Positions 14,901 through 26,826 of a stretch of DNA of 64,000 bases are shown here, one piece after another. The stretch's first letter is position 1, and each line of letters begins with the position of its first letter. The stretch comes from Phoronis australis (Eukaryota > Animalia > Phoronida): assembly GCA_002633005.1 (NCBI GenBank), contig NMRA01000947.1:27281-91280 (forward strand), written 5' to 3'. A program made the translations under genes and the position numbers. The notes beneath the pieces are model-generated. The model saw nothing but the letters and a program-made list of their open reading frames with translations. It had not been told where the DNA came from and did not search any database.

Positions 14901-17817
14901 CAGAATGAGTTAAAATCAATACTTTTCTTCTAGATATTATAGTGAATACATAGACATGACGATAAGGTCTTACATAACTTTAAAGGTAAGTGTAAGTATT
15001 TGGCTAAATAACCAGACTTGTCAGTAGGATTGTACTATTAGACTTCAGCATTCTTTGTTCTCAGCTGGTGACACCAGAAGGACGAAATGAAATTGGAAAG
15101 GTGACGAAGCAATGGACAGGCTGGGTCAGAGAGATGTTCACTAGGGCTGACAACTTTGGTGTGCAATGTAAGTAAACACGCACTTGTCACCTGTAAAACA
15201 CGAGACATTTATTTTGAGGAGAGCTGATAACTCTCAATAATGTATGGGATTTTAGCCATGCTTTCTAATTCTAAGTTGTCACTCTCTATAAGTTGCTAAG
15301 TGTTTGCTTTCTTGGACTCGAAACTTTTAGCCATTTTCTCTTCGTGAACTATTGCATTTGAATTAAACCTTGTTCTGGCCTCCTTCAAAGGAAACATGGC
15401 ACTGAAGATTGGCAGAACCCGTGATCTCTTGCCTTCTCACAAGGTCTCGTCTGATTAGCCACTCACACAAACCCTGCTCTCCAGCATACGACTCTTTGAA
15501 CCGAACTCCAACTTGTTTGCTAAGTGATGGCAATCTTCAGTGCCATCTTTTCTTTGAAGGAGGCATGTTGCCTCCAAGGTGATAGGAATTTAATTTTGTA
15601 CGTAGTCCAGCAGACCGGATTTAATTCGAATACAATGAATTTTCCTGGATGGATCAGAAATAATATTTTATTTTTTATGGACTATTGTCACTCTTGATCC
15701 AAGTGAATGCTTACGTTGACTGTTGAACCTAACAACATGGTTCAATCACGCTCCAGAGTTGGGTTAGTGTAGTTGCAAGATGACATCCTATGCGCAGTTG
15801 CAAGTAAATTGAATGATTGTGTTGATAAATGTATCATTTCCTAAAAGTAATCAATAAATTGTACCATGAAGGCACGAAATGTGCTTTTACAAAAATAAAG
15901 ATACAGGTCTCAACTGCTAATTGAGTCTGCGTTTTCTAGTGCCAAATATATTTTGAGGATGCATGTAATATAGGGTACAGTCACTAAAAATGCTCTGAAA
16001 TCATTATTTATTGGTGGGTTGTCAGGAAACTTTCAGGGCAAAGTTGTACAAACGTATTCTAAAATTGTGACATCATGAGGCAGGTATTTGTCAGTTAGAT
16101 TGTTCAAGATTTCAGGGGAAATCATTAGAAAATCTTTTGGTTGAAATTCTGTCGAGCGGTACATACCATGTACATGTACTGCATCATGTCTGCCATTTCA
16201 AATCCAGGTCCTGAATCAGAATGGTTTTGAATTTGAGTCAGTTAGGACTGAAATTCAAAATAGTTTAGAGGCCTGAGCATCATGAATCGTAATTTGACAG
16301 ATATTAGACTATCGACAAAAATCTCTTCAAAATATCCAATTGATGAAAACTCAGAAAACTGACTTTTGTTTGGAATTTATAATATGTTGATGGACCAGGC
16401 CGCGTGTTCACTTGCTTGCATATCAACACGTCTTAAAAAAGTCTGTGTTATAGCATTTAATATTGAGGATGATTCCCTTTTCAGTTCCCGCGGATCTTGA
16501 TGTGAAAATGAAAGCCACACTGCTAGGTGCTGTGCTTCTAATTGTAAGTTTTGGACTGCTTTATAACATATCAATTGGGGATAAAAGCAGTGTTACAGAC
16601 TCAAACCTCAAATTAGTGATTTAATGGTGTTCGACATGTATTTAATACATTGCTGAATTTTGTTTGATTTTCATGTTTTGGATTTTCCTCTTTGCCTGTT
16701 AAAAATCTTTAAAAATGTGGGGTCTCCGAAATAGTTTTTGACTTTATGACTTTCTAAAGAAAGGCACCTTGAAATTATTGGCTTTGTGAAAAGTCACCGC
16801 TATTAGTGGTTGAAATCCTTCTGAAATGGATTAATTTCGGTGTAAACGGTCAGTTTTAAGTTTTGAAAACTCTAAATATCCTGCTTTACTGATTTTCATA
16901 TATCCATACTAGTAACGATTTTTTTTCTGGATTTTGAAAACCCCAAATCTTATTGTTATGGCTTTTACACTAAAATTTGCATGGCTACTTTTTTCTTTAA
17001 CGACTTGTTTTGTTTTGATAACCATTGTGTGTGTGTGTGTGAAATAAAAAATTGGTGAGTCACCGACTTGGTTTTTGAGGTACTTTTGCCCTAAGACGGT
17101 TACATGCGAATGCTCAATTTCAATAACCTTCTCAAAAGTGCGCCAATTTTAAAATCACTATTACCCACTGCATAGCTGGTGATTATTTTATGTAGTTGGC
17201 ATTGTGATATGAGTTTAGTTGACGATAATCTTGGAAAAACAGTTTCTTCCATAATAAATTCAAAATAACCATCTGCATTACATCACGCCTAATGTCTACA
17301 CTTGGGTTTGTCTATTATTCAGTATGACCTGAGTAATTCTGAGTCCTAGGTATGAAGTCGTTGCAAAATTTGATATCGAATGCTTTTATTAAAAAATCAA
17401 CATTTTTTGAACAGGACTAGCTGTTTTTGAAACAAAAAATATATTCAAAGTTTTTATAAGTTAGTAAATGTTGACTTCGTAAAACAATGACTAATTACCT
17501 AATTAGTAAATTGTCAAACCACCTCAAAAGATGAACGCAAAGGTCTCGGGTATAACGGTACAATGCAGCTAAGTGAAACTTGATTTGTAACAATTATTTA
17601 GAAGTATTCCAATAGTTCTAAACAGATGGGCAGACTTTTCCATTTTATATATGGAGGCAAGAAGATGGTTTCTTCTAACCCATATTTGGTAATCAGATGT
17701 TTTGAGGTAAATGTTGTATTATTATGTATGTCTTAGCAGATCAGGTTACCATATTCAGCTAAACCTTTGTGTCCGTAGGACTTCATGTACTTTGAACGGA
17801 GAAAGAAGAAGCGATAA
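2884..17817 (+). CDS. PLSCR: Phospholipid scramblase, tandem copy A (9 coding exons, 259 aa)
   Basis: join(2884-2941,4597-4710,7676-7753,10248-10324,12131-12261,13822-13942,15065-15167,16485-16543,17779-17817) = 780 nt, all GT-AG with consistent phases. Family motifs [82 protein letters not shown]. Confidence 0.96.
4245..4450 (+). repeat. Interspersed repeat family (also 25900-26225 on +, 40905-41230 and 43715-44040 on -)
   Basis: Shared text cagcccagtcag..attatcgaacaaaagag..ctggctacaggggt..cccaacttgttgttggg..aacaagttgggagcaa at three non-paralogous loci. Confidence 0.85.
4597..4710 (+). CDS. PLSCR: PLSCR-A exon 2 ([38 protein letters not shown])
   Basis: cacag| ... |gtaaag; CPPGLEYL scramblase signature. 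Confidence 0.96.
5035..7135. mobile_element. ~2.1-kb non-autonomous DNA element with inverted CAATTGAA-rich subterminal arrays (EnSpm/CACTA-like)
   Basis: Left ..aattgagattcaattgaaattcaattgaa is the reverse complement of right ..ttcaattgaatttcaattgaatctcaatt; right end ttttcgtatgag; absent from the copy-B intron. Confidence 0.7.
7676..7753 (+). CDS. PLSCR: PLSCR-A exon 3 ([26 protein letters not shown])
   Basis: ttcag| ... |gtacgt. Confidence 0.96.
7790..9160 (+). mobile_element. Helentron/HINE(DINE-1)-like interspersed element with (CCGT)n and an internal array of GCCCCCTAGTGG-containing units
   Basis: ccgtcatccctgtccgtccgtc..gctgtatctcc start. Paralogous copy at 35870-36990 and independent copy at 21690-22620. 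Classification is by resemblance only. Confidence 0.55.
10248..10324 (+). CDS. PLSCR: PLSCR-A exon 4 ([26 protein letters not shown])
   Basis: tgcag| ... |gtgagt. Confidence 0.95.
12131..12261 (+). CDS. PLSCR: PLSCR-A exon 5 ([43 protein letters not shown])
   Basis: aacag| ... |gtaagt; Cys-rich palmitoylation-type motif. Confidence 0.96.
12660..13620. mobile_element. Old inverted-repeat (MITE/foldback-like) element predating the duplication; also 38820-39770
   Basis: 13050-13140 (atgcttctcactactgtgtctttattattg..gaccacattt) is the reverse complement of 13390-13480 (cgtggtc..caatgataaagacagagtagtaagaagcat). Confidence 0.6.
13822..13942 (+). CDS. PLSCR: PLSCR-A exon 6 ([40 protein letters not shown])
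   Basis: tccag| ... |gtaggt. Confidence 0.96.
15065..15167 (+). CDS. PLSCR: PLSCR-A exon 7 ([34 protein letters not shown])
   Basis: ctcag| ... |gtaagt. Confidence 0.96.
16485..16543 (+). CDS. PLSCR: PLSCR-A exon 8 ([20 protein letters not shown])
   Basis: ttcag| ... |gtaagt. Confidence 0.95.
17779..17817 (+). CDS. PLSCR: PLSCR-A last coding exon ([12 protein letters not shown])
   Basis: cgtag|gac; TAA at 17815-17817. Confidence 0.95.
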   Translation, partial: DFMYFERRKKKR

Positions 17818-18963
17818 AGATGCAAGCAGAAACGTGTGATGTACAGCCACGATTTTCACTCTTGGACCAACAATTTAATGGAGCACCACAATGACTATGA
17901 TCGCAGTTGGCGAGATTCAAAGTGCCATTCGTGTAACAGATTGCCTTGGGACACCAGTCATGCACATTATGTGGGTTTTTTCATACTTTTGATCGAAATG
18001 ATCCATACTTAAAATGTGGCCATATAAATTTTACTTTTAAAAGGATAGTAAATCACAGGAGTATTTTAAAAGAATACTTGTAACCTGCAAGTTTGTGAAT
18101 AACTAATGAGGCATCTTAAATCAGCAAGCATAATGTTTAAGGCAGGTTACTAGTCATGTAGTTACTAGTTATGTAGTTACTAGTTATGTAGAAAGACCAT
18201 CCGCCTCGGTCACTATCCATTTTGACAGGGAGTAAGGGTTAATTAGTACTAGTACAAATTCATTGTTATGCTTAAAAACAAGAACCTTGTGACCAAACTA
18301 CAGTCATTATGGTTCTGCATGTTTGGAACGGGGGCGCACTTTCACGTTTGTGTTGTTAAGATCGTGCTAAAATGGAGCACTGTGTCCAAAACAACAACGC
18401 ATAACGATCATTTTTTCCAGCGCTAGTAGAATGTACAGTGCAAGTAGTGAATTGCCATGTTACACAGGTGTTTCTAAAAGGGATTGTACATAGCCAGTAA
18501 CATAATTAGTTTTGTGTGAAATCACCAGTGCAAGATAAAGAATCCTTTTAATGTTGCCAAAACTAGAAGTCCAGTGAAACTTTGGTCATTATTTCAATGT
18601 GACCTTTTCTGTGATATCTTCTGATTATGAGTACTATTATCTGTTAGTTGTAGCAATGTGGTGACCCGTGGTGATACATGTACATGTATGTGTGTTAGGT
18701 GTTACTTGAAGTGACCAGTAACTTAAAGGAGCTGGTCTTAAGTAATAATGACAAGTAACTTCTCACGACTAGACGTCGCCTAGAGTAAGGAACAGGATGC
18801 TATCGATTTTATCATATAGAGTGGCCTAAATTAAAATTCGTTTTCTGAAGTTTTGTTTTCTGTGGGATGGTTTTTTTGAATGTTTGTTTTCTGTTACGTC
18901 AGCCACACCTGTTGAAGAAAAGTAAACTTACACCCTTCAGGCGCTCCGCGAACTCTTACTTTG

Positions 18964-19209
18964 CAGACTGAGGTGGATCTAAGGGGGGGGCTCAGGGGAT
19001 CCCCCGGGGCCCTTATGGGACAGGATCACAAATCAAAATTAAAAAAAAAACATCGCCAGGAAAACGAAATCAGCTACAAAAACCAAAAATATCGTACACG
19101 GGAAGGGGAAACCCACTCCCCAAACCTCCCCCGCGCGGCGCCCGGGCCTCGGATTCTCACGAATCCTAACCCTTGCCCCCCTTATACTGAAAATGTAGAT
19201 CTGTCACTG
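18964..19209. mobile_element. GC-rich MITE (cag..ggatct-Gn ... Cn-agatctgtcactg); related pieces near 9530-9740 and 22861-23014
   Basis: Imperfect terminal inverted repeats with G/C runs, typical of short non-autonomous elements. Confidence 0.5.
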
Positions 19210-20071
19210 CTTTGATTTGAATTGTTGTAAATTTGGTGGAAGACATGACACTGTTTGAAAATTAGAGAGTGTACGTTTTACCAATGACCACCAGTTCATG
19301 AAGAAAACGTCTGAGCAAAAATGAGTGCTGTAGGCGCAACCAACCACCTTTTTGTCTTTTAACATAGCGCCTACCCACTGTAGGGCGGGGCGTAAGCACA
19401 CATAGTTGCAGCCAACCACCTTTTTACATTTTATCGTAGCAACCACTTTTTTACATTTTAACTTAGTGTCTACGTACCGTAAGTGACGGTGTTGTGGTTA
19501 TAGTCTCGATACCATAGCTTACGGCATCAATGCGCTACGCTGACGACAGCATTGTTGCCGAACATTTCGCGGACGCGCGCAACCACCAGACATATATGTT
19601 TGCTTACCGAGTAATGGAATTTTTTAATTAATATTTCAAGATAAATAAACAGACACCCGACGGGCAACTAAAAGTCGCAGCCAGCATATCTTTTCTAGGC
19701 GTTACGCTCCGAGACCGCTTGGAATGCACATGGACCTTTGCCTTCGAATACATTATATGTGTGGATGGACCCTCTTTCTCCGACATCCAAAATCCGCCTC
19801 TACAGACTCTATGTAAATACCCTCTCGCCCTACATTTTGTGAGTCAGGTTTTGCGAGTTCAATGTGCTTTTAAAATTCAGCGCTCGAGGCGATACGATGG
19901 GCTTTGGGCACCTACTTACCTCAAATTTTACCACCACAGCACTTCTCATGAGCGCTGAGAAAACTATAAAGTGCGATTAGAATGAAATACTTTTACATTG
20001 GGTACTTTTTCCTGAATCACTGATAGACGGATTTTTAATTTTCGTTTCTCAAATTGACGCCATTACATGAA

Positions 20072-20404
20072 CCCACTCTGACTGCGACACGACGTTGGAC
20101 CGACGTCGGACTCCGCACCCCACGGTTTCTGCCAGCGCGTCGTACCCGCGTCGCCGGGCCCAACGTCAAGTGCCCGATACTGGCGTCCCGGGGCCGCGCT
20201 CGACGTCACTAAACAGTACTCGAGAAGGTCAAATAGTTTGACTAATACTATCGCGATGGAGCGTCGAATTTAATTGGAAGTGCAAAATAGGCGTTTAAAG
20301 GCAGTATCTCGAAAGTGACGCACCAACGTCACAAATCCGACCGCCGACCTACAGACCTTGAGCCGACGAGGTGACATCGGCTCGACGTGGTGATGCTATC
20401 TGGG
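20072..20404. mobile_element. EnSpm/CACTA-like MITE with CGACGTCG subterminal repeats
   Basis: Right end tgctatctggg (CCCAGATAGCA terminus); repeated cgacgtcg/cgacg; left end degenerate. Confidence 0.55.
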
Positions 20405-20439
20405 TGAACAAAAAGTTCATTTTCATTGAAATCTAAGAT

Positions 20440-21340
20440 TTGTCTCAACTTCCAGACTTTCAATATAGGGTAAGCTAGTCAAACTTAAAGATACTATTTC
20501 TTTACTTCCACCTGCCTCTTTGTGATCAAATCATTTTACAAAATGGCATAACACTTAATAATGAGTCACAAAATTATAAAGATTTTGCCAAGAATGGGCT
20601 ATGTTTTATCAATGATTTTTTTGATGCTGAAAATAAGTTTTTATCGTGGGAGGTGCTCAAGCCAAACTATAAATTAAAAGATTTTCAAATTCTGAGTTTT
20701 AATTCAAAATGTATTTTCTAGGAAAAAGTAATGAAGGTCATTAGCGATTGGTTGGCTGCAGCAATAAAATTTGCTTAGATTACAATAAAATTGCAAAAGA
20801 AAAAAGTCAAAAGTATTTTGTTACAGAAGTATTGCAAAAATAGACAATTATGAAAATTTGTTGCAGCTTTACTCAAAACAAGATATCAAATTCCATGTCT
20901 TTTACACTTCCCTTCAATCCATGCATTAAATCTTTTAAGTAAATGTTGTTGCGTAACGGAATGTCTACTAATTATTTGTTATATAAGATGAAGATTGTTA
21001 ATTCAGATAAATGTTCCTACTGCAATCTAGTGCTGAATACTGAACATATGTTTTTCCATTGTGAGATAGTGCAAAGATTGTTGATTAATGTTCAATATAT
21101 TTTGACACACTCCCAATAACCAAGAATGAATTCGAGTCATGTTTTGCCATTTGAGTTCTCCCTAATTCTCCCTGTTGATTATGTTATCACTGTCGGCCAA
21201 TATTTTATTGATATAGGTCTGCCTTTAAGTTATTCACGTCGAAATATGTTAAAATTACAATATTTTATTTTCAAAAACAAAAAGAACCGGACAACATTAA
21301 CATTACAATGTGGGAGAGCCTCAGTGCTGCCATGCAATGA
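20440..21340 (+). mobile_element. Decayed 3' fragment of an L1/Tx1-clade LINE ORF2 (zf-RVT region)
   Basis: Fragments FAKNGLCFINDFFDAENKFLSWEVL and MSTNYLLYKMKIVNSDKCSYCNLVLNTEHMFFHCEIVQRL (CxxC..EH.F..C zinc knuckle, ATG at 20961), with stops and frameshifts. Confidence 0.75.
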
Positions 21341-21393
21341 ATCTGTTACATACTTAAATCATGTATAGTTTAGTGGTATTTCCATTAAATGAT

Positions 21394-21417
21394 GTGTGTG
21401 TGTGTGTGTGTGTGTGT
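21394..21417. repeat. (TG)n microsatellite at a contig join
   Basis: tgtgtg run directly before N at 21418. Confidence 0.9.
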
Positions 21418-23644
21418 NAAATTGCCTTTAAAGGGGTTATGACGGACGTACGCAGAGAATTGGAATTTTTAAACAAAAAAATAACATTAATTTTCTGTGA
21501 GTTGCATACAGTTACATTTTTTTGTTTTATATCGTGATTTATCGGAACGTTTGTAGAGTACAACATACTGTTTTTGATATCTGGTGCTCTTTTTTTTAGT
21601 CCGCCGGTTCTTTTGTTAGCAAAAGGACCACAACGCCAGGAATTCGAGCCCCTCCAAATTGAAGGCTGTGTGCGCGCATGCCAATCATTTATATGTGGTC
21701 GCATACAGCCGTCATCTCTGTCCGGCGTCCGCAGCTGTATCTCCTAAAACTCTCACAGGATCTTGATGAGATTTAGCAAATGTGTTGCTATGAAATTGAC
21801 GGCGGATAAAGACCAATTTCGGACCTGTCCGACTACCGGTGTGCCCCCTAGCGGCGATTTTAATTTTTTACGCTCACTTAGGCCTCTGTATTTTTGGAGG
21901 TCCTCAACGGAAAAATGGCAGTTAGGCATCTATTAGTAAGATGATGCCATCCTCCATTTTCGAACGGAGAAGTTCCGTGACGCATTTTTATGAAATTTGA
22001 TAAATAGCTTTGATGACACCTGCCAGTTTTCGGATGGATTTGACGTATTTTGCGTCATTTAGTGGCCATTTGTATGTTCCAAATAAACACCTCTAGAAAT
22101 ACACTGTTTGCGGTGCATTCGTGAGTGTTTTTCAACGCTCGCGTTGCTCTTGTTTCTATTATCAGAGAACTTTCCAGCATATATTGGTTCCACTCCCAGT
22201 TGCTTCTGGTCTCCAACAATTACCTCTTTTGTTTCTAAATAGTGGTTCAATCTTCTCGAAACTCAGCAGAGAAAGACTTAATCTTTCTTGAAAAGATTGC
22301 GAGATCAAGGTTCTTGTTTTGCCAAAAATATGCACGCCCTGACTTCAAACGCTACAATTGGCCTTTCACATTGAACGATAGTTTATAAAGCGACAACCAA
22401 TTCGCTGTGCTACATTTTCGGTCCATTTTATTCATTGATATTGACTCCCATCTCAAACGTTGAGACTTTCCTGCGGTGATCGGCGTGCAGTTAGTTGCGT
22501 CGGCCACCTAAATGGTTCGTTCGCCTTGTGTAAATTGCCTTTCTCTTCAAATGAAGAACCGTAGTGATAAAAATGACAGATTTTGTCGTGTCAAGCAGCG
22601 ACATATTCGTTGTGTTAGTTTTGTCGGTCGTTCTTTGTTTGATATTTTGCCCGCCGTACCTCATCAATAGCTTAGAAATTCCTGTCGGTCTAGTATGCTG
22701 TTGTTTGTGTCGATCACATGAGAAATTTAGTAAAAATACAAATCGACTAGTTGACCTGTACTCACGGTTGTTTTAGAATCTAAATCCAATGCATACTATT
22801 CCCGTGGCAAGCTAAAAACAGGTGACTTCCGACGCAATTTCAACTTAAAAATTGAATTCGCCGGTGTCGTAGCGTTTGCTCATATGGGCGGGACTGGGGG
22901 GTATAGCCCTCCCACTTTTTTCACTGAGTGCTCCGGCCCCCATGATCTATGGGCAGTACCCCAAAGGGGGCTGTGGGGCTATAGCCCTGCCCCGTTTAGC
23001 AGTGCTGCGCCGCTGAAACCAAGAAAGAAATCTGGTGGAAATAAAACGGTAAATCATTTGGAATTTCACGCAACTGCAAGAAATAACGTCGGCTTAATTT
23101 GAATTATACCATGTTGGCAATTTTATTGATTTATTATAAATTTTGCACCCCAACAACAATTAAACATCGCCTACGAGACGGTCCGTAGTGTGCTCCGTGA
23201 CAGTTGACCGGTTCCCCCTTCGAATCAGTTTCACATTAATTGGTTTCCTCTGATTCGGACGTATACGGCACTAATCCATCCAAAAGTCATTTCTACATTT
23301 TCGTAATCTTCAGTTTCGCCCTATTTCATTAACTCTTCCGTCTCTACACTGTCTTCAAATTCCCAGTTACTGTCGTTGCTGCTTTCGCTGTTGTAGTTAG
23401 AACGTCAGTCCATCGCGAGGTATTAGGATTGTCTGACCCAGGTGCGAAAAGACTCGTGTCTTGTCTTTTGTTATGCTGCACGTGAGCCATTCGTTCGTAA
23501 GATGATGTTTAACACCACCTTACGCCCCGACTTAATAATTGTCACGGAGCGGCTATATACAGATTAGTTCCCTGGTACGACAAATCTCCATTGATCTAAG
23601 TTGCCAGTCTGTTCCGCATCGCACGCAAGGACCCTGTACATGTA

Positions 23645-23910
23645 CCTTGATTGGTTCACCGTACCCTGATGTCTTTGTGGATAAACCTTTGATGAGATTG
23701 AGTAAGTGGCCCCGGCCCACCGCACCGCGCTACTGACTTCTTGACGTCACGCTACGACATTGTGCCGGACTTCAATATTCTGTGCAAGTGGGACTGTCCA
23801 GTTCTGTGTCGCTGTATTTAATTAAACAATTTTGTTGTCTCTAATAGACCGTTTGTGATTTGGAAATTCCGAGATTTGAAATCTGCCGCAGCCGTCACCG
23901 AATGGTGAGT
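23645..23910 (+). promoter_or_regulatory. Candidate promoter and non-coding first exon of PLSCR-B
   Basis: CpG-richer patch with inverted CCAAT (gattgg ~23650), GC-rich tract 23708-23730, perfect CRE TGACGTCA 23742-23749 and strong donor ATG|GTGAGT at 23904/23905. The first coding exon has an acceptor, so an upstream exon is required. Confidence 0.5.
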
Positions 23911-25194
23911 TTTCTTGTGACACGGGACTGACGTCTGGCTTGGAATCACAAAGATTATGTCATTTGCAGTCGATTAGTACGAGCGCCACTTATTTTTTTC
24001 CGCGCTAAGGCTTTCCTGATGGGGTCGTACGATAGTAATTAGCATAATCAGATAACGTCAGGACTAGAGGAAGACATGACACACTTTTTACGAATACGTA
24101 TATTTAACATGTTCAAAAGTCCGCATTTGACCATTTTACAGCTGTCTTTATGTTTCATGTTTAGAAATCAGATTTCTGAAAAAATGCCTATATGATTTTT
24201 TCTATAGGAATTCCCATAGGAAATCTTGACCCTATACCGTTATAGGATCCTATAGCCGGGAATTCCTATCCTATTTAATATTTTCGTATGGGCAGCCTAA
24301 AATGTAGGGATGCAGGGGCTCGAACTTTTGGGTTTGTGGACATTATTAGGCCTACTAAAAATGTAATGTAGGAGTGTAAAAATGCTATTTTTGCCAGAAT
24401 TTGTTTAACCTACTTTTGGACCTTGAGATCACTTGAGGGCACGAAATGACCCAGTTATTGATGCCGATGTTTGCTTTAGTCATGTGATAGTTGAAGGGAC
24501 GACAGAGTTGCCATCGATTGAAAATTGATTCTACATGAAAAAAGCAGTGTCACCGTTTCATTCTACACTGTACGTATTTCGAATATCTGTACGTTTGTGC
24601 ATGGTGCTTATTCAACTAATACCTCGCTTGGATTGAGTGTGATTTTCGGATTAAGGCGCAGGTTTGTATCAAACAGGGTGTAGACTAAACATGCGACCAC
24701 TGCTGGCTGCGCCAGCACAGACACGGATAGTCATTGGCTATATAGATATAACTGCAAAATTTGGAGTTAATTATCTCTCTCTATAGAGGAACAGTCGATA
24801 GAATACCTAGCCTATAAAGTATATTGTTCCAAGTTGCGCAGTTATTATGTTACTTAATTACTTAATAGCAATATCGCGCAAGCGCATTGCAGCTGGGAAA
24901 CCGATCCAAATTTCAGTTATTTCACTTCCTTAATTGCGAAATTGCGTGCACACCTTATAGGATAAACTACTACGGACCTAAATTTTGCAGTAATGTCAAT
25001 ACTTTGCGAAATCGTACTCACACCCTATAATTATTCCTACCCAAGTTTCGTAGTTATATCACTTAAAAATTGCAAAATCGCGCACACACCCTATAAGGAT
25101 ACGGATCCAAACTTCGCAGTTGTGTCACTTAACTGTGAAATCGCGTGCACACACACCCTGTAGAAATACCTTAAATTTCGCAGTTACATATGCG

Positions 25195-25544
25195 TTTACG
25201 AAAAATTCCATTTGGATTTCCCATTGGATTTCACTTTGGTCTTCAGGAAATCCCATAGGAATTCCTATAGGATTTCATATAGGAAATCCAATAGGAGTCC
25301 AATTGGATTTTGGTCTAATATCCTATAGGATTCTTAAAATATTGCTATAGGATCCTATAGGATTTCCCATAGGAATTGTATAGGATTTTCTGTTGGATCC
25401 TATAGGATTTCTAATAGGAAAAATCCTATAGGAATTCCTATAGGAAATTTTGATCTTTTAGGAATTCCTATAGGAAATCTTTCTTATAAGATCCAATAGG
25501 ATTTCCTAGGATCGTTAGGTTCCTACTGAATATTTTTGTATGGG
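25195..25544. mobile_element. MITE with TCCTATAGGA palindromic repeats (second fragment at 24175-24292)
   Basis: tacgaaaaatt ... atttttgtatggg ends; nested in the 60-bp array. Confidence 0.7.
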
Positions 25545-26345
25545 AGTTGCTTCCTTAATTGCGAAATCGCACACATACCTTCAGTTATCATAAGGCCCAC
25601 CCAATTTTTACTGTTATGTCACTTATGCAAAATCACGTGCAGCCTATTTGTAAATTGAACCAAATTTCTCAGAAATATCCGTGACAACGTTTTCCCGTTT
25701 ACTCCAGTGACTTTAACAGACGCAGGGGGTTCTGAGCGTGTTAACTGCCAACTCAGCACAGTGTTTTGTTAGTTATGACAACAGGCGGGCGAACTACATG
25801 TACATGTATATATCTACCAGGCTTATTACAGACCAAGTGTGAACACCGTCAAACCCAGAGTGAATTGGCACATTCGGAAAGCCTAGAGAATAGATTATCG
25901 TAACTTTGGTTGCAGTTGGTCGATTTTGGCGATTCAAAAAATAAACATGATCACCATTTGACGCGGATTTCAGAAATGCTATTGGTTCATGTTCAAATAT
26001 GTTATAACTTAGCTTTTATTTTTAACAGCACAGCCTAGTCAGGCTAGATAAGATCTTATTGAAGATAAGAGCAATTATCGAACAAAAGAGAGCTGGCCTC
26101 CAACCACGAATGCCAGAATGGAGTTACTCAGTCGTGTAAAAAGATATTGGCTACAGGGGTAAACTTCCCAACTTGTTGTTGGGCCATTGAATCGAACAAG
26201 TTGGGAGCAACGTAAAAACGCCGTAAAGACCACTACCAAGGATCATGATGTATTCCCCTTAAAAGTAGGCCGTACATGGCGATATCTCGCAGTGGCTTGA
26301 GTGGTCTTGGTCTCTCGCAAGAAACGTGGACTAGGTTAAATGTAT

Positions 26346-26826
26346 GGGCCGTTGGGGGGAAAGTGTTGCCGGAAAAATACGCCCTTATTTACGCCGTTAA
26401 TTACGCCGTAAAATTACGAGCGTAATGTAATTTTTACGGTGTAAAATTACGCTCGTAATTTACAGTTTAAACTCTTAGCCGATAACGTTGGGTTTTACAA
26501 TCCACGGTCGCGCGTGCTCATGGAAATACTTATTTACTGGCGGGTTACATGTCTACGATACGAGCCCTGAATCATGGCGGATCAAATCGCTTCTGCAATG
26601 TCAGCGATTGTGCAAGAACGAGCTGCCTAGCAACAGTAGTTTATGTTAGGTCAACACTGACTGGTTTAAATTTGGAACGTTCTTAAGGTATTTTACGAGC
26701 GTAATTTACGGCGTCATTTCCCCCATTTAATTTACAAGCGTAATTGTACGGCGACACTCCTGCAATTTAATTTACGCTCGTAATTACGAGCGTAATTTTA
26801 CGGCGACACTTTCCCCTCAACGGCCC
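26346..26826. mobile_element. MITE with ~26-bp TIR and TTACGAGCGTAA subterminal repeats
   Basis: gggccgttggggggaaagtgttgccg / cggcgacactttcccctcaacggccc. Confidence 0.8.

Noticed and set aside
23160-23420. Acidic minus-strand reading (NSESSNDSNWEFEDSVETEE) as a transposase N-terminus
   Set aside because: Interrupted by stops and no diagnostic motif; cannot be assigned.
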